A DNA stretch of 64,000 bases from an uncultured Gemmatimonadales bacterium (GCA_963701965.1 OY969695.1:3552001-3616000), one strand, 5' to 3'. Shown: positions 38,941-49,325, numbered from the stretch's first letter. The notes: generated from the sequence alone by a model not told the origin. Made by a program: numbers and translations.

Positions 38941-39573
38941 GTGAGCGAGCCGACCCCGAGCAGTATCGACGTGGTACGCCGCCGCCGCACGAACTTCCGC
39001 ATCGTGATCGGCGTCGTCATCGTGTTCATGCTCGCCTGGTGCTACAGCATCGGGCGCCGTCTCACGACACTCGTGCAGACCGGGAAGACGCTCGCGCACG
39101 GTTCGTCGCGGCTGGAGCGCGTCGACACCGTCCTGGCGCCGGGCTCCCGCGTCGAGTTCGAGGGCGCCACCATCGCCGATCTCCGGAGCACGGGCCATCT
39201 GGGTCCCGCGGCGGCGCATCCGCAAATCGACACGGTCGCGCTCTTCCAGCGTTGGCCGGCGTTGACGGCGTTCATTACGCGCGACTCGGCGCGTTTCAAG
39301 GCGGCCGATCGCCAGGGCCCTACACCGGGTCTGGATGGGGCAGCCGGATTCATCAATAGTCCGAACGCCGGCGACCTCTATCTCGCCGAGTTCGTCGCGG
39401 CCGCCGACACCGCCCACGTCGCCCACGACACGACAATGTATGCGACGGTCGACGCTCCTCCGGATACCGCGGCCCCAATCATCCTGCGCCTGCACCGCGG
39501 GCCGGCACCGGCCGCGACGCCCCGGGGCGAGCTCTTCATTGGCCCGCCAACCGCGCTCTATCGCGTGTACTGA
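38941..39573 (+). CDS. hypothetical protein with N-terminal membrane anchor
   Basis: RRRR followed by one hydrophobic helix; TATGGT box 6 nt before GTG. Confidence 0.6.
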   Translation: MSEPTPSSIDVVRRRRTNFRIVIGVVIVFMLAWCYSIGRRLTTLVQTGKTLAHGSSRLERVDTVLAPGSRVEFEGATIADLRSTGHLGPAAAHPQIDTVALFQRWPALTAFITRDSARFKAADRQGPTPGLDGAAGFINSPNAGDLYLAEFVAAADTAHVAHDTTMYATVDAPPDTAAPIILRLHRGPAPAATPRGELFIGPPTALYRVY

Positions 39574-40088
39574 GTCGCCGCCCCGAGATGCGCGGCGAGC
39601 GCCGTGAGATACGCGTCGATCGTCGCGTGGTAGCCCATCACGTATCGCGAGACAAACCGGAAGACCGGGTTGTAGACCTCGCCGTACTCGGTGATCGTAA
39701 GGCGCGTCGCTCCCGGCTTGGTCACGGCAATGTCGTATTCCCACCGTCCGCCGAACGGCAGGGTCCGGTCCGTGATCTGCGTGACCAGCCGCGTGGGAGG
39801 GGCGGTCGAGACCATCTCGAATGTGATGGCACCGTCGGCACCCTGCTCTCGCCACACCGTGTGCCCATCGTGTGGCGCGAGGATGGTCACCTGGCTGACC
39901 CTCGGTCGCCACGACGGGAATGCCCCGACATCGGTCAGGGCGGCCCAGACGCGCTCGGGCGGCGCTGGCAGGTCAGCCGAACGCTCGGCCGTGTGTTTGA
40001 CCGGCAGGAGCGCGCCAATGGCGAGCACGATCGCAATGAGGACCACCACGGCTGCCACCACGGCGGCCGCTATCGGGAGCCATCTCAC
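39558..40088 (-). CDS. SRPBCC/START-fold protein with N-terminal anchor
   Basis: APPERVWAALTD..FPSWR, FGGRWEY, TRLTITEYGEVYNP; GGAGG SD. Confidence 0.85.
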   Translation of the reverse strand: MRWLPIAAAVVAAVVVLIAIVLAIGALLPVKHTAERSADLPAPPERVWAALTDVGAFPSWRPRVSQVTILAPHDGHTVWREQGADGAITFEMVSTAPPTRLVTQITDRTLPFGGRWEYDIAVTKPGATRLTITEYGEVYNPVFRFVSRYVMGYHATIDAYLTALAAHLGAATQYTR

Positions 40089-40133
40089 GCCACCTCCGAA
40101 ACTTGCGCCAGTTCTCGGGCGTATTGAGAAACC

Positions 40134-42329
40134 GTGCTCGCGCTCTGGGCCTTAATGTTGTTGCAACAGGACTCGTCCGCCAAGATGGCCGCAAAGGCGG
40201 CGCGCGTCGTTCCCGTTACGCCCGATCTGAGCGCCAGCGCCTACGACTCACCCCGGACGCGCGATCTCGTGGCGCTGGCCCGGGCCGCGCGCCACGAGGA
40301 TGACCTTCGCCTGCGGGCCTACGACGCCACGGCCCTGCAGCGCATGACGGTGGATTGGAACGCGGCCCGGTTCGTCGGGACCCGTATGCTCTTTCGGAAG
40401 GAGACCGCGGCCCGCGTCCAATGGGAGCGCAGCGTGGGCGCCGTCGTCGACGTCACGGGCGACCGCACGGCCATCCCTATGGCCCCGGCCGCGCACGCCG
40501 AAGTCGACGACGAGACCGACTTGATCCCGCTGCCCTACGTGCCCGGGCGCCCGATCCCGTGGCAGCACGCATCGCACGACACGATCGACCCGGACGACTG
40601 GATCGACCCGCTCCAGCCCGGCGCCGAGGCCTACTATCGCTATGCTGCGGGCGACTCCCAGACGGTGAAAGCGCCGGGGGTCGAGCCGGTGCATCTGCGC
40701 GAGCTCGTCCTGCACCCCCGCGGGCCCGAGTGGAACCTGGGCGTCGGCGCGCTGTGGATCGACATCGCCTCCGGCCATCTCGTCCGTGCCGTGTACCGCT
40801 TCGCCGCGCCCATGAACATCGTCGCGGTGGCGAAGAGCGACGATCCGCACGCGTTCGACGACGTGCCGATCTGGGTGCGTCCGTTCATCACGCCAATGGT
40901 CGCCAACGTCTCCGCCGTCATCATGGAGTACGGGCTGCTCGAGGCCCGGTTTTGGCTGCCGAGCAGCGCTCTGCTCGAAGGCACGGCCCAGGTCGGGCAT
41001 CTGCACTTTCCTTTCGCGATGGAGACGCGGTACCGCTACACGAGCATCAATGCCGCGGACTCCCTCCCGCCCATCGCGCGCCCATCCCCCGACTCCTTGC
41101 GCGATAGCGTGCGCCGCGCCGAGTGCGCGGCCGGCACCATGTGGACGCACGTCGACACGGCGGGTTCTGCCGGCGTCCCGGTCCTCACCCGCATCCCGTG
41201 CGATACCGCCGCGCTGGCGCATTCTTCCACGCTGCCACCGAGTACGTTCAGCGCCGCGGACGTCGGCCCCTCATCGGCGCAGGTGAACGATCTCCTGCAC
41301 GCCATCGGTATGGGAGCACAGCCCGATTGGGCGCCGCAGGACATCCATCTGCACTACGGCTTGGATCACAACCTCGTCCGGTTCAATCGCATCGAAGGGC
41401 TCTCGGTCGGCCTGGGGGTGAGCCAGGAGTTGGGCCGCGGGTACACGTGGTATGGCGAGGCGCGGTTCGGGGTCGCCGACCGACAACCGAACGCCGAGTT
41501 GCGACTCGATGAGTCCGACGGCCGCTCCACGATCGGCTTGGCCGTCTACCGTCGCCTGGCCTCGGCGAACGACTGGGGTGACCCGTTCTCGCTCGGCAGT
41601 TCACTCGGCGCGTTGGTGCTCGGCGACGATGAGGGCTTCTACTACCGCGCCTGGGGCGCCGAGATTCGCGGCCAGAGCACCGCGGGCGCGCCGCTCAGCT
41701 GGCGCCTGTTCGCCGAAGGCCAGGGCACCGCGGCCGTGAGCACCGATTTCTCGTTCACGCACGCGCTCGATGGGCCCCACGCGCCACCCAATCTCGTCGC
41801 GCGCGAGGGCGCCTATGCTGGCGCTGGCGTCCGCTTCGCGCCGTCGCTGGGAGAGGATCCGCACGGCTTCCGCCTCGCGTCCGATCTCCGCGCCGAAGCC
41901 GCGGCGGGCACGGCGGCGTACGTGCGCGGCGCCGCGGACATCACGGTGTCGCACGGCGTGACGCCGTTCGCCGACGCCTCGCTCACCGTCGGCGCGGGCA
42001 TGTCGGGTGGCGACGTGCCAGCCCAGCGTCTCTGGTACCTCGGTGGCCTGCAAACGGTGCGCGGACTCGCGCCGGGTACCGAGGCCGGCGACGCGTACTG
42101 GCTGACGCGCGCCGAATTGGGACCGCGTTGGGTCACCGTCAAACCCGTGGTGTTCTACGATCTCGGCTGGGCCGGCGATCGGAATGCGTGGGGACATCAA
42201 GGACGCGCGCTGAGCGGCGCCGGTGCCGGCGTGTCGTTTCTCGATGGACTCATCCGCATCAATGTCGCGCGCGGCATCTCGCCGACGAACGGCTGGCGGG
42301 TGAACGTGTATCTGAACGGCGCCTTCTAA
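40134..42329 (+). CDS. putative outer-membrane beta-barrel protein (Omp85/ShlB-like C-terminus)
   Basis: RFNRIEGLS, QRLWYLGGLQTVRG (VRG motif), amphipathic strands, terminal Phe. Confidence 0.7.
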   Translation: MLALWALMLLQQDSSAKMAAKAARVVPVTPDLSASAYDSPRTRDLVALARAARHEDDLRLRAYDATALQRMTVDWNAARFVGTRMLFRKETAARVQWERSVGAVVDVTGDRTAIPMAPAAHAEVDDETDLIPLPYVPGRPIPWQHASHDTIDPDDWIDPLQPGAEAYYRYAAGDSQTVKAPGVEPVHLRELVLHPRGPEWNLGVGALWIDIASGHLVRAVYRFAAPMNIVAVAKSDDPHAFDDVPIWVRPFITPMVANVSAVIMEYGLLEARFWLPSSALLEGTAQVGHLHFPFAMETRYRYTSINAADSLPPIARPSPDSLRDSVRRAECAAGTMWTHVDTAGSAGVPVLTRIPCDTAALAHSSTLPPSTFSAADVGPSSAQVNDLLHAIGMGAQPDWAPQDIHLHYGLDHNLVRFNRIEGLSVGLGVSQELGRGYTWYGEARFGVADRQPNAELRLDESDGRSTIGLAVYRRLASANDWGDPFSLGSSLGALVLGDDEGFYYRAWGAEIRGQSTAGAPLSWRLFAEGQGTAAVSTDFSFTHALDGPHAPPNLVAREGAYAGAGVRFAPSLGEDPHGFRLASDLRAEAAAGTAAYVRGAADITVSHGVTPFADASLTVGAGMSGGDVPAQRLWYLGGLQTVRGLAPGTEAGDAYWLTRAELGPRWVTVKPVVFYDLGWAGDRNAWGHQGRALSGAGAGVSFLDGLIRINVARGISPTNGWRVNVYLNGAF

Positions 42330-42407
42330 AAATTTCCGCGCGCCGCGGCGCGCAATGGTCACGCACTTGCACGCCACCGCCTCACTCTCTGTGAGCTGGG
42401 TACTGAC

Positions 42408-43547
42408 GTGCGTCGTGGCGTCTCGTATTGCAGTCGCAGTCTTCTCGTGCTAGTCGTCGCCTGTAGCGACGACTCACCAATCATGCCGCACGCGAACAAC
42501 GTCTCGACCGTACTGGTGTCGGGGCGACACGCTGTCGCGTTGTCGGCGGGTCAAATGCACACCTGCGCGCTGCACTCAGGTCTTGTCGTGTGTTGGGGAT
42601 CGACCATTCGCGGCGCCACGGGTCAGGGTCCGCCGGCCGCCATCGGCAGCATTGCCGCGGGAACGGAATTCACCTGCGGGATCGCGGGAACGACGACGTA
42701 TTGCTGGGGAGACGATGCGCGCGGGGAGTTGGGTGACCGCACGGTCATCACTGGCGCGACGCCGCGCGTGGTGAGCGGCGGCATCGCGTTCACCAATGTC
42801 GCCGCGGGCAACGGCTTCGCGTGCGGACTCGACGGCGGCGGGCGCGCGTACTGTTGGGGCGCGAACAGCCTCGGACAACTGGGCGATCGCTCGGTGCGCG
42901 ACCGACTCGCGCCGTCCACCAACACGCCGTTGCCGGGCGCGCCGCGCTTTGCGTCGATCGCGGCGGGTGCGTTTCACGCGTGCGCGTTGACGGCGGCTGG
43001 CGTCGCCTATTGCTGGGGCGGCAACGCCGACGGGGCGCTGGGCCGGGGGAATACCACATCGTCGGCCGACCCAATGCCGGTCGTGGCGTCGTCGATGTTC
43101 GCCTCACTGGCCTTGGGCAATGGATTCACCTGCGGGATCACCGCGCAGGGCCAGGTGCAGTGCTGGGGCGCGAACCACGTGGGCGCGCTGGGCGACGGGA
43201 GCACGCACAATCGCAGCACGCCGTCGCCGATCGCGGCGGGCGCCGAACGCTTCGCCGCGGTCGCCGCGGGTGCCTACCACGCGTGCGCGCTGACAGCGGC
43301 CGGAGCCGTGTACTGTTGGGGTGACAACAGCCGCGGACAGATCGGCAACGGGACTCGCATCGACGCGCCGACACCGACGCGGGTCGCCGCGCCCGCGCCG
43401 TTCATCGCCATCTCGGCCGGGTTCGCGCACACCTGCGCGCTCACCGGCGACAGCACGGTCTACTGTTGGGGCGACAACACGCTCGGACAGGTCGGCGGCA
43501 CGGGCGCCGCACCGCGCCCGACGCCAACGGCGGTTTCCCTGCCATGA
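42408..43547 (+). CDS. RCC1-repeat beta-propeller lipoprotein
   Basis: Lipobox VVAC; repeated AGxxH/FxCxL/IxxxGxxYCWGxNxxGxLG units. Confidence 0.9.
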   Translation: MRRGVSYCSRSLLVLVVACSDDSPIMPHANNVSTVLVSGRHAVALSAGQMHTCALHSGLVVCWGSTIRGATGQGPPAAIGSIAAGTEFTCGIAGTTTYCWGDDARGELGDRTVITGATPRVVSGGIAFTNVAAGNGFACGLDGGGRAYCWGANSLGQLGDRSVRDRLAPSTNTPLPGAPRFASIAAGAFHACALTAAGVAYCWGGNADGALGRGNTTSSADPMPVVASSMFASLALGNGFTCGITAQGQVQCWGANHVGALGDGSTHNRSTPSPIAAGAERFAAVAAGAYHACALTAAGAVYCWGDNSRGQIGNGTRIDAPTPTRVAAPAPFIAISAGFAHTCALTGDSTVYCWGDNTLGQVGGTGAAPRPTPTAVSLP

Positions 43548-45259
43548 TCCTCCCCATGATCACCCGACGACACGTGACCTTCGTAGGATTGGCCGCCCTG
43601 ACGCCGTGGCTCACCAGCGGCATGAGCGATCCGACGCTCATCACGCTGGCCTATTCGTGCGCCAACACCTTTCGCGTGCGGAACGCCAACGCGACCGTCG
43701 CCACGCTCACCTACACGGTCTACCGGACGAGCGAGACGGGGACGCTCGCGCTCCCGGCACAGCCACCGGGATTTCCGTATAGCGAGACGTACCTGTCGAC
43801 GCAGAACCGTGGCACGCTTCAGCTCACGCTTGCCGGGAAACTGATCGCGACGCAGCCCAACGGCGGCTCAGCCTGCGCCGCGGTGACGACGACCGGCGCC
43901 TGGACGTCGCTCATTCCCTGGCCGGTCGTCGCCATTCACGTGGCGCTTTTGCCGACGGGAAAGGTGCTGAGCTGGGGCCGCATGGATTTCTCGCCGCCCG
44001 GATATCCCGTCGTGTGGGACCCGGCCGCTGATCCGGGCGCGACCAAGCCGCAAACCCAGTATCCGGTAGCGGGCAACCCGTTCTGCGGTGGGGCGGCGAT
44101 GACGGCGGACGGGCGCGTTCTCGTCGCCGGCGGACATTTCAACAACAATTCGGGCCGGCCTTCGGCGATCACGTTCTCCACCGTGACCAACACGTGGACG
44201 ACGCTCCCCCCAATGGCGGTGGGCCGCTGGTATCCGACGGTGACCGCACTCGCCAACGGAGAGATGCTCGTCGAATCCGGCACCGACTCGCTCCTGCAAA
44301 ACGACTCGACGCCCGAGGTGCTGCAGACCAGCAATACCTGGCGATCGTTGACCCGCATCAAGCGATGGCCGCAATACTATCCGTGGAACTTCGTGGCGCC
44401 CAACGGCCTCGTGTTCTCCGCGGGCCAGACCGACACCACCCAGTACATCACGACGAGCGGGACCGGGGCCCTCGGCCCGGTCATTGCCCACGCGTTCCCG
44501 GTGCTCCGGGACTACGGATCGGCGGTCATGTACGCGCCCGGCAAGATCGTGGTCATGGGCGGCGGGTACACGGAGCGCACCGCGGAAGTGATCGACCTCA
44601 ATCAGGCGGCCCCGCAATGGAAATCGACGGGATGGATGGTGCATCCGCGGCGCCAGATGAACGCCACCATCCAGGCCGATGGGCAGGTGCTCGTCACCGG
44701 CGGCGGGGCGGGCGACTTCCGCGGCAGTCAGAATCCGGTTCTGATCCCCGAGACGTGGAATCCCAATACAGGCCACTGGACCTCCATGGCGCCGATGCAC
44801 GTCGCCCGCCTCTATCATTCCACGGCGCTCCTCCTGCCTGATGGCCGCATCCTGTCGGCCGGCAGCGGTCAACCGGCGGCGACCGGGCAGCAGGATCAAC
44901 GCAACGCCGAGCTCTTCTCGCCGCCCTATCTCTTCAACCCCGACGGCACCCCGGCCACAGCGTCGCGGCCGATCGTCACGTCGGTGCCCGCCACCGTCGG
45001 CTACGGGCAGACGTTCGCCGTCTCCACCCAGAACGTCATCGCCGCCCGGGTGCTGTGGATCCGGCTCGGCGTCACGACCCACTCATTCAACGAGAATCAG
45101 CGACTCAACAACCTGGCGTTCACCCAGAGTGGAAACGGCCCGCAGCTCGCGGTCACGGCGCCAGCCAGCGCCAACCTGGCGCCGCCGGGCCATTACCTGT
45201 TGTTCGTGCTCAACGCGCGGGGGGTGCCGTCGGTCGGCAAAATCGTGCGCATTCGCTAG
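43544..45259 (+). CDS. galactose oxidase/glyoxal oxidase-like copper radical oxidase (AA5; Kelch + C-terminal Ig-like domain)
   Basis: FCGG Cys, RWYPT Tyr, RLYHS Tyr-His, THSFN His, ELFSPPYLF, APPGHYLLFV. Confidence 0.88.
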   Translation: MILPMITRRHVTFVGLAALTPWLTSGMSDPTLITLAYSCANTFRVRNANATVATLTYTVYRTSETGTLALPAQPPGFPYSETYLSTQNRGTLQLTLAGKLIATQPNGGSACAAVTTTGAWTSLIPWPVVAIHVALLPTGKVLSWGRMDFSPPGYPVVWDPAADPGATKPQTQYPVAGNPFCGGAAMTADGRVLVAGGHFNNNSGRPSAITFSTVTNTWTTLPPMAVGRWYPTVTALANGEMLVESGTDSLLQNDSTPEVLQTSNTWRSLTRIKRWPQYYPWNFVAPNGLVFSAGQTDTTQYITTSGTGALGPVIAHAFPVLRDYGSAVMYAPGKIVVMGGGYTERTAEVIDLNQAAPQWKSTGWMVHPRRQMNATIQADGQVLVTGGGAGDFRGSQNPVLIPETWNPNTGHWTSMAPMHVARLYHSTALLLPDGRILSAGSGQPAATGQQDQRNAELFSPPYLFNPDGTPATASRPIVTSVPATVGYGQTFAVSTQNVIAARVLWIRLGVTTHSFNENQRLNNLAFTQSGNGPQLAVTAPASANLAPPGHYLLFVLNARGVPSVGKIVRIR

Positions 45260-46161
45260 GCCGCGTAGATACTCCCTTCGCCTACCAGGACCGACTGGCC
45301 CCCGACGCGCACTCCGGTGACCGCGCCGCTGGGCGCCGCATCGACTTCGATCTCGATCGCGCCGGGGCGACCCATGTCGGCGCCTTGCTCGATGGTGAAG
45401 CGCCCGGTGGTGCCCGGCGCCACGCGTTCGTGCCAGGCCAGATACCCCGCGAGACAGGCGGCCGCGCCGCCGGTCGCCGGATCCTCCGTGATGCCGGAAG
45501 CCGGCGCGAACATGCGGGCGTGGAGTCGCGTCGCGTCTTCCGCATCATCCGTGAACAGGTACGTCTCGGTCACGGAGCCCAGCGGCCTCGCCCGCCGCAG
45601 CGCGTCGCGCGACCGGACCGGTACGAGCAGAAACGGCACGCCACACGAGATGTACTGCAGGGCGTCACGGCCGGAGACCAGGTCCTCGGGGTCGAGCGAG
45701 AGTAGCGCCGCGACGTCCGTCGCCCGTGGCGCGGGCGCGGCAATGGTCGGGAGCTGGGCGACGGACAACTGCGTGAACTCGGGCACGGTGCCCCGCGAGC
45801 GGATCAGCACCGGGACAGCGCCGACGCCTTCCTCGAACACGATGCGGGACTCCGACGACGAGAGCGTCAGCTCCCCGAGGGCGGCCAGCACGAACGCGGT
45901 GCCGACGGTCGGATGCCCGGCGAACGGCAGTTCCTTGAATGGCGTGAAGATGTACAAGCGCCGCGTGTGCGCCGGGTCGGCGGCCGGCAGCACGAACACC
46001 GTCTCCGACAAGTTCAGCTCACGGGCGATCGCCGCCATTTGCGCCGTCGTCAGGCCGCGCGCATCGGGAAATACGGCCAGCGGGTTCCCACCGAACCGCC
46101 GGTCGGTGAACACATCGGCGGTCACATAGCGATACCGCGGCGCGCCCGCGGACGCGTTCAC
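45256..46161 (-). CDS. PhzF family isomerase/epimerase
   Basis: DVFTDRRFGGNPLAV, NLSETVF, ELPFAGHPTVG, EDPATG, EQGADMGRP. Confidence 0.92.
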   Translation of the reverse strand: MNASAGAPRYRYVTADVFTDRRFGGNPLAVFPDARGLTTAQMAAIARELNLSETVFVLPAADPAHTRRLYIFTPFKELPFAGHPTVGTAFVLAALGELTLSSSESRIVFEEGVGAVPVLIRSRGTVPEFTQLSVAQLPTIAAPAPRATDVAALLSLDPEDLVSGRDALQYISCGVPFLLVPVRSRDALRRARPLGSVTETYLFTDDAEDATRLHARMFAPASGITEDPATGGAAACLAGYLAWHERVAPGTTGRFTIEQGADMGRPGAIEIEVDAAPSGAVTGVRVGGQSVLVGEGSIYAA

Positions 46162-47783
46162 GGCTCGGCCATGAACGGGTACCGCCAATCCGTCGGCGAG
46201 ACGAGCGTCTCCTTGATGGCCCGCGCGCTCACCCATCGCGTGAGATTGAGCTTCGAGCCCGCCTTGTCGTTCGTGCCCGAGGCCCGGCTTCCGCCGAACG
46301 GTTGCTGGCCGACGACGGCGCCCGTCGGCTTGTCGTTGATGTAGAAATTCCCCGCGGTCTGGCGGAGCGCGGCGGCGGCCTCGCGGATGGCGGCCCGGTC
46401 GCGCGCGAAGACGGCGCCCGTGAGCCCGTACGCCGACGTCCGGTCGATCAGCGTCAACGTCTCCCGCCACCGCGCATCGGGATAGGGGTGGACCGTCACC
46501 ACGGGTCCAAAGATCTCCTCGCAGAGGAGGCGATAGCCCGGATCAGCGGTCTCGACCAATGTCGGCTCGATGAACCATCCGTGCTCGCCGTGGGCGCCGC
46601 CGCCGTGGACGATGGTGGCGTTGGCCTTGGCGTCGGCGATGTATCCGCTGATCTTGGCAAAGGCACGTTTGTCGATCACCGCGCCCATGAAGTTCCGGAA
46701 GTCGGTGACATCCCCCATCCGGATCTCCTGCATGATCGCGACCGTGCGTTCTTTCACATCCGGCCAGAGGGACGTGGGCACGTACACCCGACTGGGCGCC
46801 GAGCACTTCTGCCCTTGATATTCGAACCCACCGCGGGCGATCGCGACCGCCAGCGCCTGCGGATCCGCCGAGGCGTGCGCCACGATGAAGTCTTTCCCGC
46901 CCGTCTCGCCGACGATCCGCGGGTACGACCGATAGCGCGCGCTCGCCGAGTGGGCGCCGATCGTGTTCCACATGCTGTTGAACACCGACGTGCTGCCGGT
47001 GAAATGCACGCCGGCCAGGTCGCGGGAGCCCAGCAGCACTTCCGAGATCATGACCGGATCGCCCGGGACGAAGTTGATGACGCCCGGCGGCAGGCCGGCC
47101 GCTTCCAGCACGCGCAGCACGGACCACGCCGAGAGCATGGCGTTCTGCGCCGGTTTCCACACGACCGTGTTCCCCATGAGCGCGGGCGCGGTCGGCAGGT
47201 TGCCGGCGATCGACGTGAAGTTGAACGGCGTGGCGGCGTAGACGAACCCCTCGAGCGACCGGTAGTCGAGCTGGTTCCACATCGTGCGGTCGCTCAGCGG
47301 TTGCTCGGCGTACAGCGATTCCGCGTAGAACGGATTGAAACGCCAGAAGTCGATCAGCTCGGCGGCCGCGTCGATTTCGGCTTGGAACGCCGTCTTCGAC
47401 TGCCCCAGCATGGTCGCCGCGTTGACCGCCGCGCGGTGGGTCGTCGCCAGGAGCTCCGCCGCCTTGAGAAACACGGCGGCGCGGTCCTCCTGGGGCCACG
47501 CGGACCACTCGTGCCACGCCGCGCCGGCGGCGCCAATCGCGTGCTCGACGTCCTGGCGGCGCGCGAGATGCCAATCGGCGAGGATATGGCGGTGGTCATG
47601 GGGCATGACCGCCTGCGCCAGCTCGCCGGTGCGAATCTCCTTTCCGCCGATCACCAGCGGGATGTCCAGGCGCTCGCCGGCCACCGCGGCGAGCCGCTGC
47701 TTGAGCTCTACTCGTTCCGGCGAGCCCGGAGCATAACTCTTGACAGGCTCATTTATCGGGCGCGGGACCGCAGATTGAGGCAT
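46158..47783 (-). CDS. pruA: L-glutamate gamma-semialdehyde (P5C) dehydrogenase
   Basis: NEPVKSYAPGS, PFNFTSI, FTGST, GETGGKDF, FEYQGQKCSA, EEIFGP, QPFGGSRASGTNDKAG. Confidence 0.93.
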   Translation of the reverse strand: MPQSAVPRPINEPVKSYAPGSPERVELKQRLAAVAGERLDIPLVIGGKEIRTGELAQAVMPHDHRHILADWHLARRQDVEHAIGAAGAAWHEWSAWPQEDRAAVFLKAAELLATTHRAAVNAATMLGQSKTAFQAEIDAAAELIDFWRFNPFYAESLYAEQPLSDRTMWNQLDYRSLEGFVYAATPFNFTSIAGNLPTAPALMGNTVVWKPAQNAMLSAWSVLRVLEAAGLPPGVINFVPGDPVMISEVLLGSRDLAGVHFTGSTSVFNSMWNTIGAHSASARYRSYPRIVGETGGKDFIVAHASADPQALAVAIARGGFEYQGQKCSAPSRVYVPTSLWPDVKERTVAIMQEIRMGDVTDFRNFMGAVIDKRAFAKISGYIADAKANATIVHGGGAHGEHGWFIEPTLVETADPGYRLLCEEIFGPVVTVHPYPDARWRETLTLIDRTSAYGLTGAVFARDRAAIREAAAALRQTAGNFYINDKPTGAVVGQQPFGGSRASGTNDKAGSKLNLTRWVSARAIKETLVSPTDWRYPFMAEP

Positions 47784-47811
47784 AATGCTTGAAGGTAGAC
47801 GGAGGAGTCGG

Positions 47812-48651
47812 GTGGGCAAAGTTACGACATGGGTCGTCGCGGTCGCGTCGCTCGTCGTGTCGCTCGTGGCATGCGAGCGCCCGCCCGTCGTGTGGGATGG
47901 GCCGCCGATGCCAGCGGCGAGCGCGCTGGCACCTGGCGTGGCGATCGTTCCCGAGTCGGCCGGGCGTCCGCCTCAGATTGTCACGGCTGCGCCCCACGGA
48001 AGCCCGAAGCGCGAGCGGCGGCAATGCACGGTGACGATGCGATTCGCCAACGGGCCGGGCCGTGTCGTATATGCTGCATGGTGGACGGCGCGCCAGGATT
48101 CGAGCGGCATGCTCCGCATCGCGCGCTCCGCGGATGGCGGCACACACTGGGCCGCCGCGGTTACCGCGGAGGAGCGCGATCGCTCCGTGCGCGGGTGTTC
48201 CCGGCCGGCGCCCGCGATCGCGGTGGATCCCGACAGCGGGTACGTGCATCTCGCCTATTACCTGGAGACCCTCGACGGGTCGGGCATCTTCTACCGCCAC
48301 TACATGCAGGGAATGTTTCACGCGCCCGTGGTGATCGTCTACGGCGAAAGGCCGGTGGCGGCCGCCATCGCCGCGGTGGGAGACACGGTCGTGGTCGCCT
48401 ATGAAGATCCCACCCGCCGGACGCCGCAGATCGTGTTGGCCCTCTCCAACACCGCGGGACACTTGTTCGAGACGCGCGTTCCGGCGTCGGGGGATGAAGT
48501 CGACGCGCGCGCGCCGGTCGTGGGGTTGGCGCCCGGGCGTATCGCGGTGGGGTGGGCGCAGACCGGAGTCGGGCGGGAGGACGACGAGAATCAGGCGGCG
48601 GCCGCCGCCGCCGACATGGTGCGCGAGGGAACAATGACGGGGCACCGATGA
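47812..48651 (+). CDS. lipoprotein with BNR/Asp-box (sialidase-like) segment
   Basis: GGAGGA SD, lipobox LVAC, Asp-box RSADGGTHW. Confidence 0.65.
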   Translation: MGKVTTWVVAVASLVVSLVACERPPVVWDGPPMPAASALAPGVAIVPESAGRPPQIVTAAPHGSPKRERRQCTVTMRFANGPGRVVYAAWWTARQDSSGMLRIARSADGGTHWAAAVTAEERDRSVRGCSRPAPAIAVDPDSGYVHLAYYLETLDGSGIFYRHYMQGMFHAPVVIVYGERPVAAAIAAVGDTVVVAYEDPTRRTPQIVLALSNTAGHLFETRVPASGDEVDARAPVVGLAPGRIAVGWAQTGVGREDDENQAAAAAADMVREGTMTGHR

Positions 48652-49325
48652 AGATCCTGGTGGCGGACGACGACGAAGACATGCGTGCCCTCATCGAGGT
48701 GGTCCTGGCCAGCGCGGGACACGACGTGGCCTGCGCCGGAGACGGCCTCGAGGCGTGGGCGGCGTTCGAGCAGGCGCCCCCGGAGCTGGTCGTCCTCGAC
48801 TGGCAAATGCCCGGGCTTTCCGGCGTGGAGCTGTGCGAGCGGATTCGCCAAACGGACGCCGGCCGGCACGTGTTCATCCTCATGGCCACCGCCCGCGGGG
48901 CGACGGACGACCTGCAACGCGTACTGGCCGCGGGCGCCGACGACTATCTCTCGAAACCGTTGACGGCCGAAGCGCTCAGTACGCGGATCGTGATCGCCGA
49001 GCGGCGGATGGCCGGCGACCGCGCGCGGCGCCAGGCCGAGGACGCGCTCAAGCGGGCGCAGTGGCTGGCCGGGATCGGCGAGACGGCGATCGCCATTCAG
49101 CACGAAGTGAACAACCCGCTCACGGCCCTCCTGGGGAACCTGGCCCTTCTCGAGGACGCTACGCTGACGCCCGCCGAGCGGGCCGAGTGCGTGGTGACGA
49201 TCACCGAGCAGGCCACGCGCATCAGCGCGGTCGTCCGTCGGCTGTCCACCCTGCGCGATCCGCGCTCCGTCGAGTACATCAGGGGCTCGCGGATGATCGA
49301 TTTGTCAGAGCCGAAAAAGTCGTAG
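48648..49325 (+). CDS. response-regulator receiver fused to HisKA dimerisation domain, no HATPase domain
   Basis: ILVADDD, VLDWQMP, GADDYLSKP, then HEVNNPL H-box; protein ends about 75 aa later. Confidence 0.85.
   Translation: MKILVADDDEDMRALIEVVLASAGHDVACAGDGLEAWAAFEQAPPELVVLDWQMPGLSGVELCERIRQTDAGRHVFILMATARGATDDLQRVLAAGADDYLSKPLTAEALSTRIVIAERRMAGDRARRQAEDALKRAQWLAGIGETAIAIQHEVNNPLTALLGNLALLEDATLTPAERAECVVTITEQATRISAVVRRLSTLRDPRSVEYIRGSRMIDLSEPKKS

Noticed and set aside
38089..39912. 607-aa ORF containing the cydA N-terminus
   Set aside because: The extension overlaps other genes; cydA starts at 38901 and continues via a frameshift.
42540..43500. Recurrent TGYTGGGG units resembling a DNA repeat array
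   Set aside because: They encode the CWG motif of RCC1 protein repeats; not CRISPR-like.
45256..46161. PhzF gene as sign of a phenazine cluster
   Set aside because: No other phz genes; stand-alone PhzF homologs are common, and here it is coupled to pruA.
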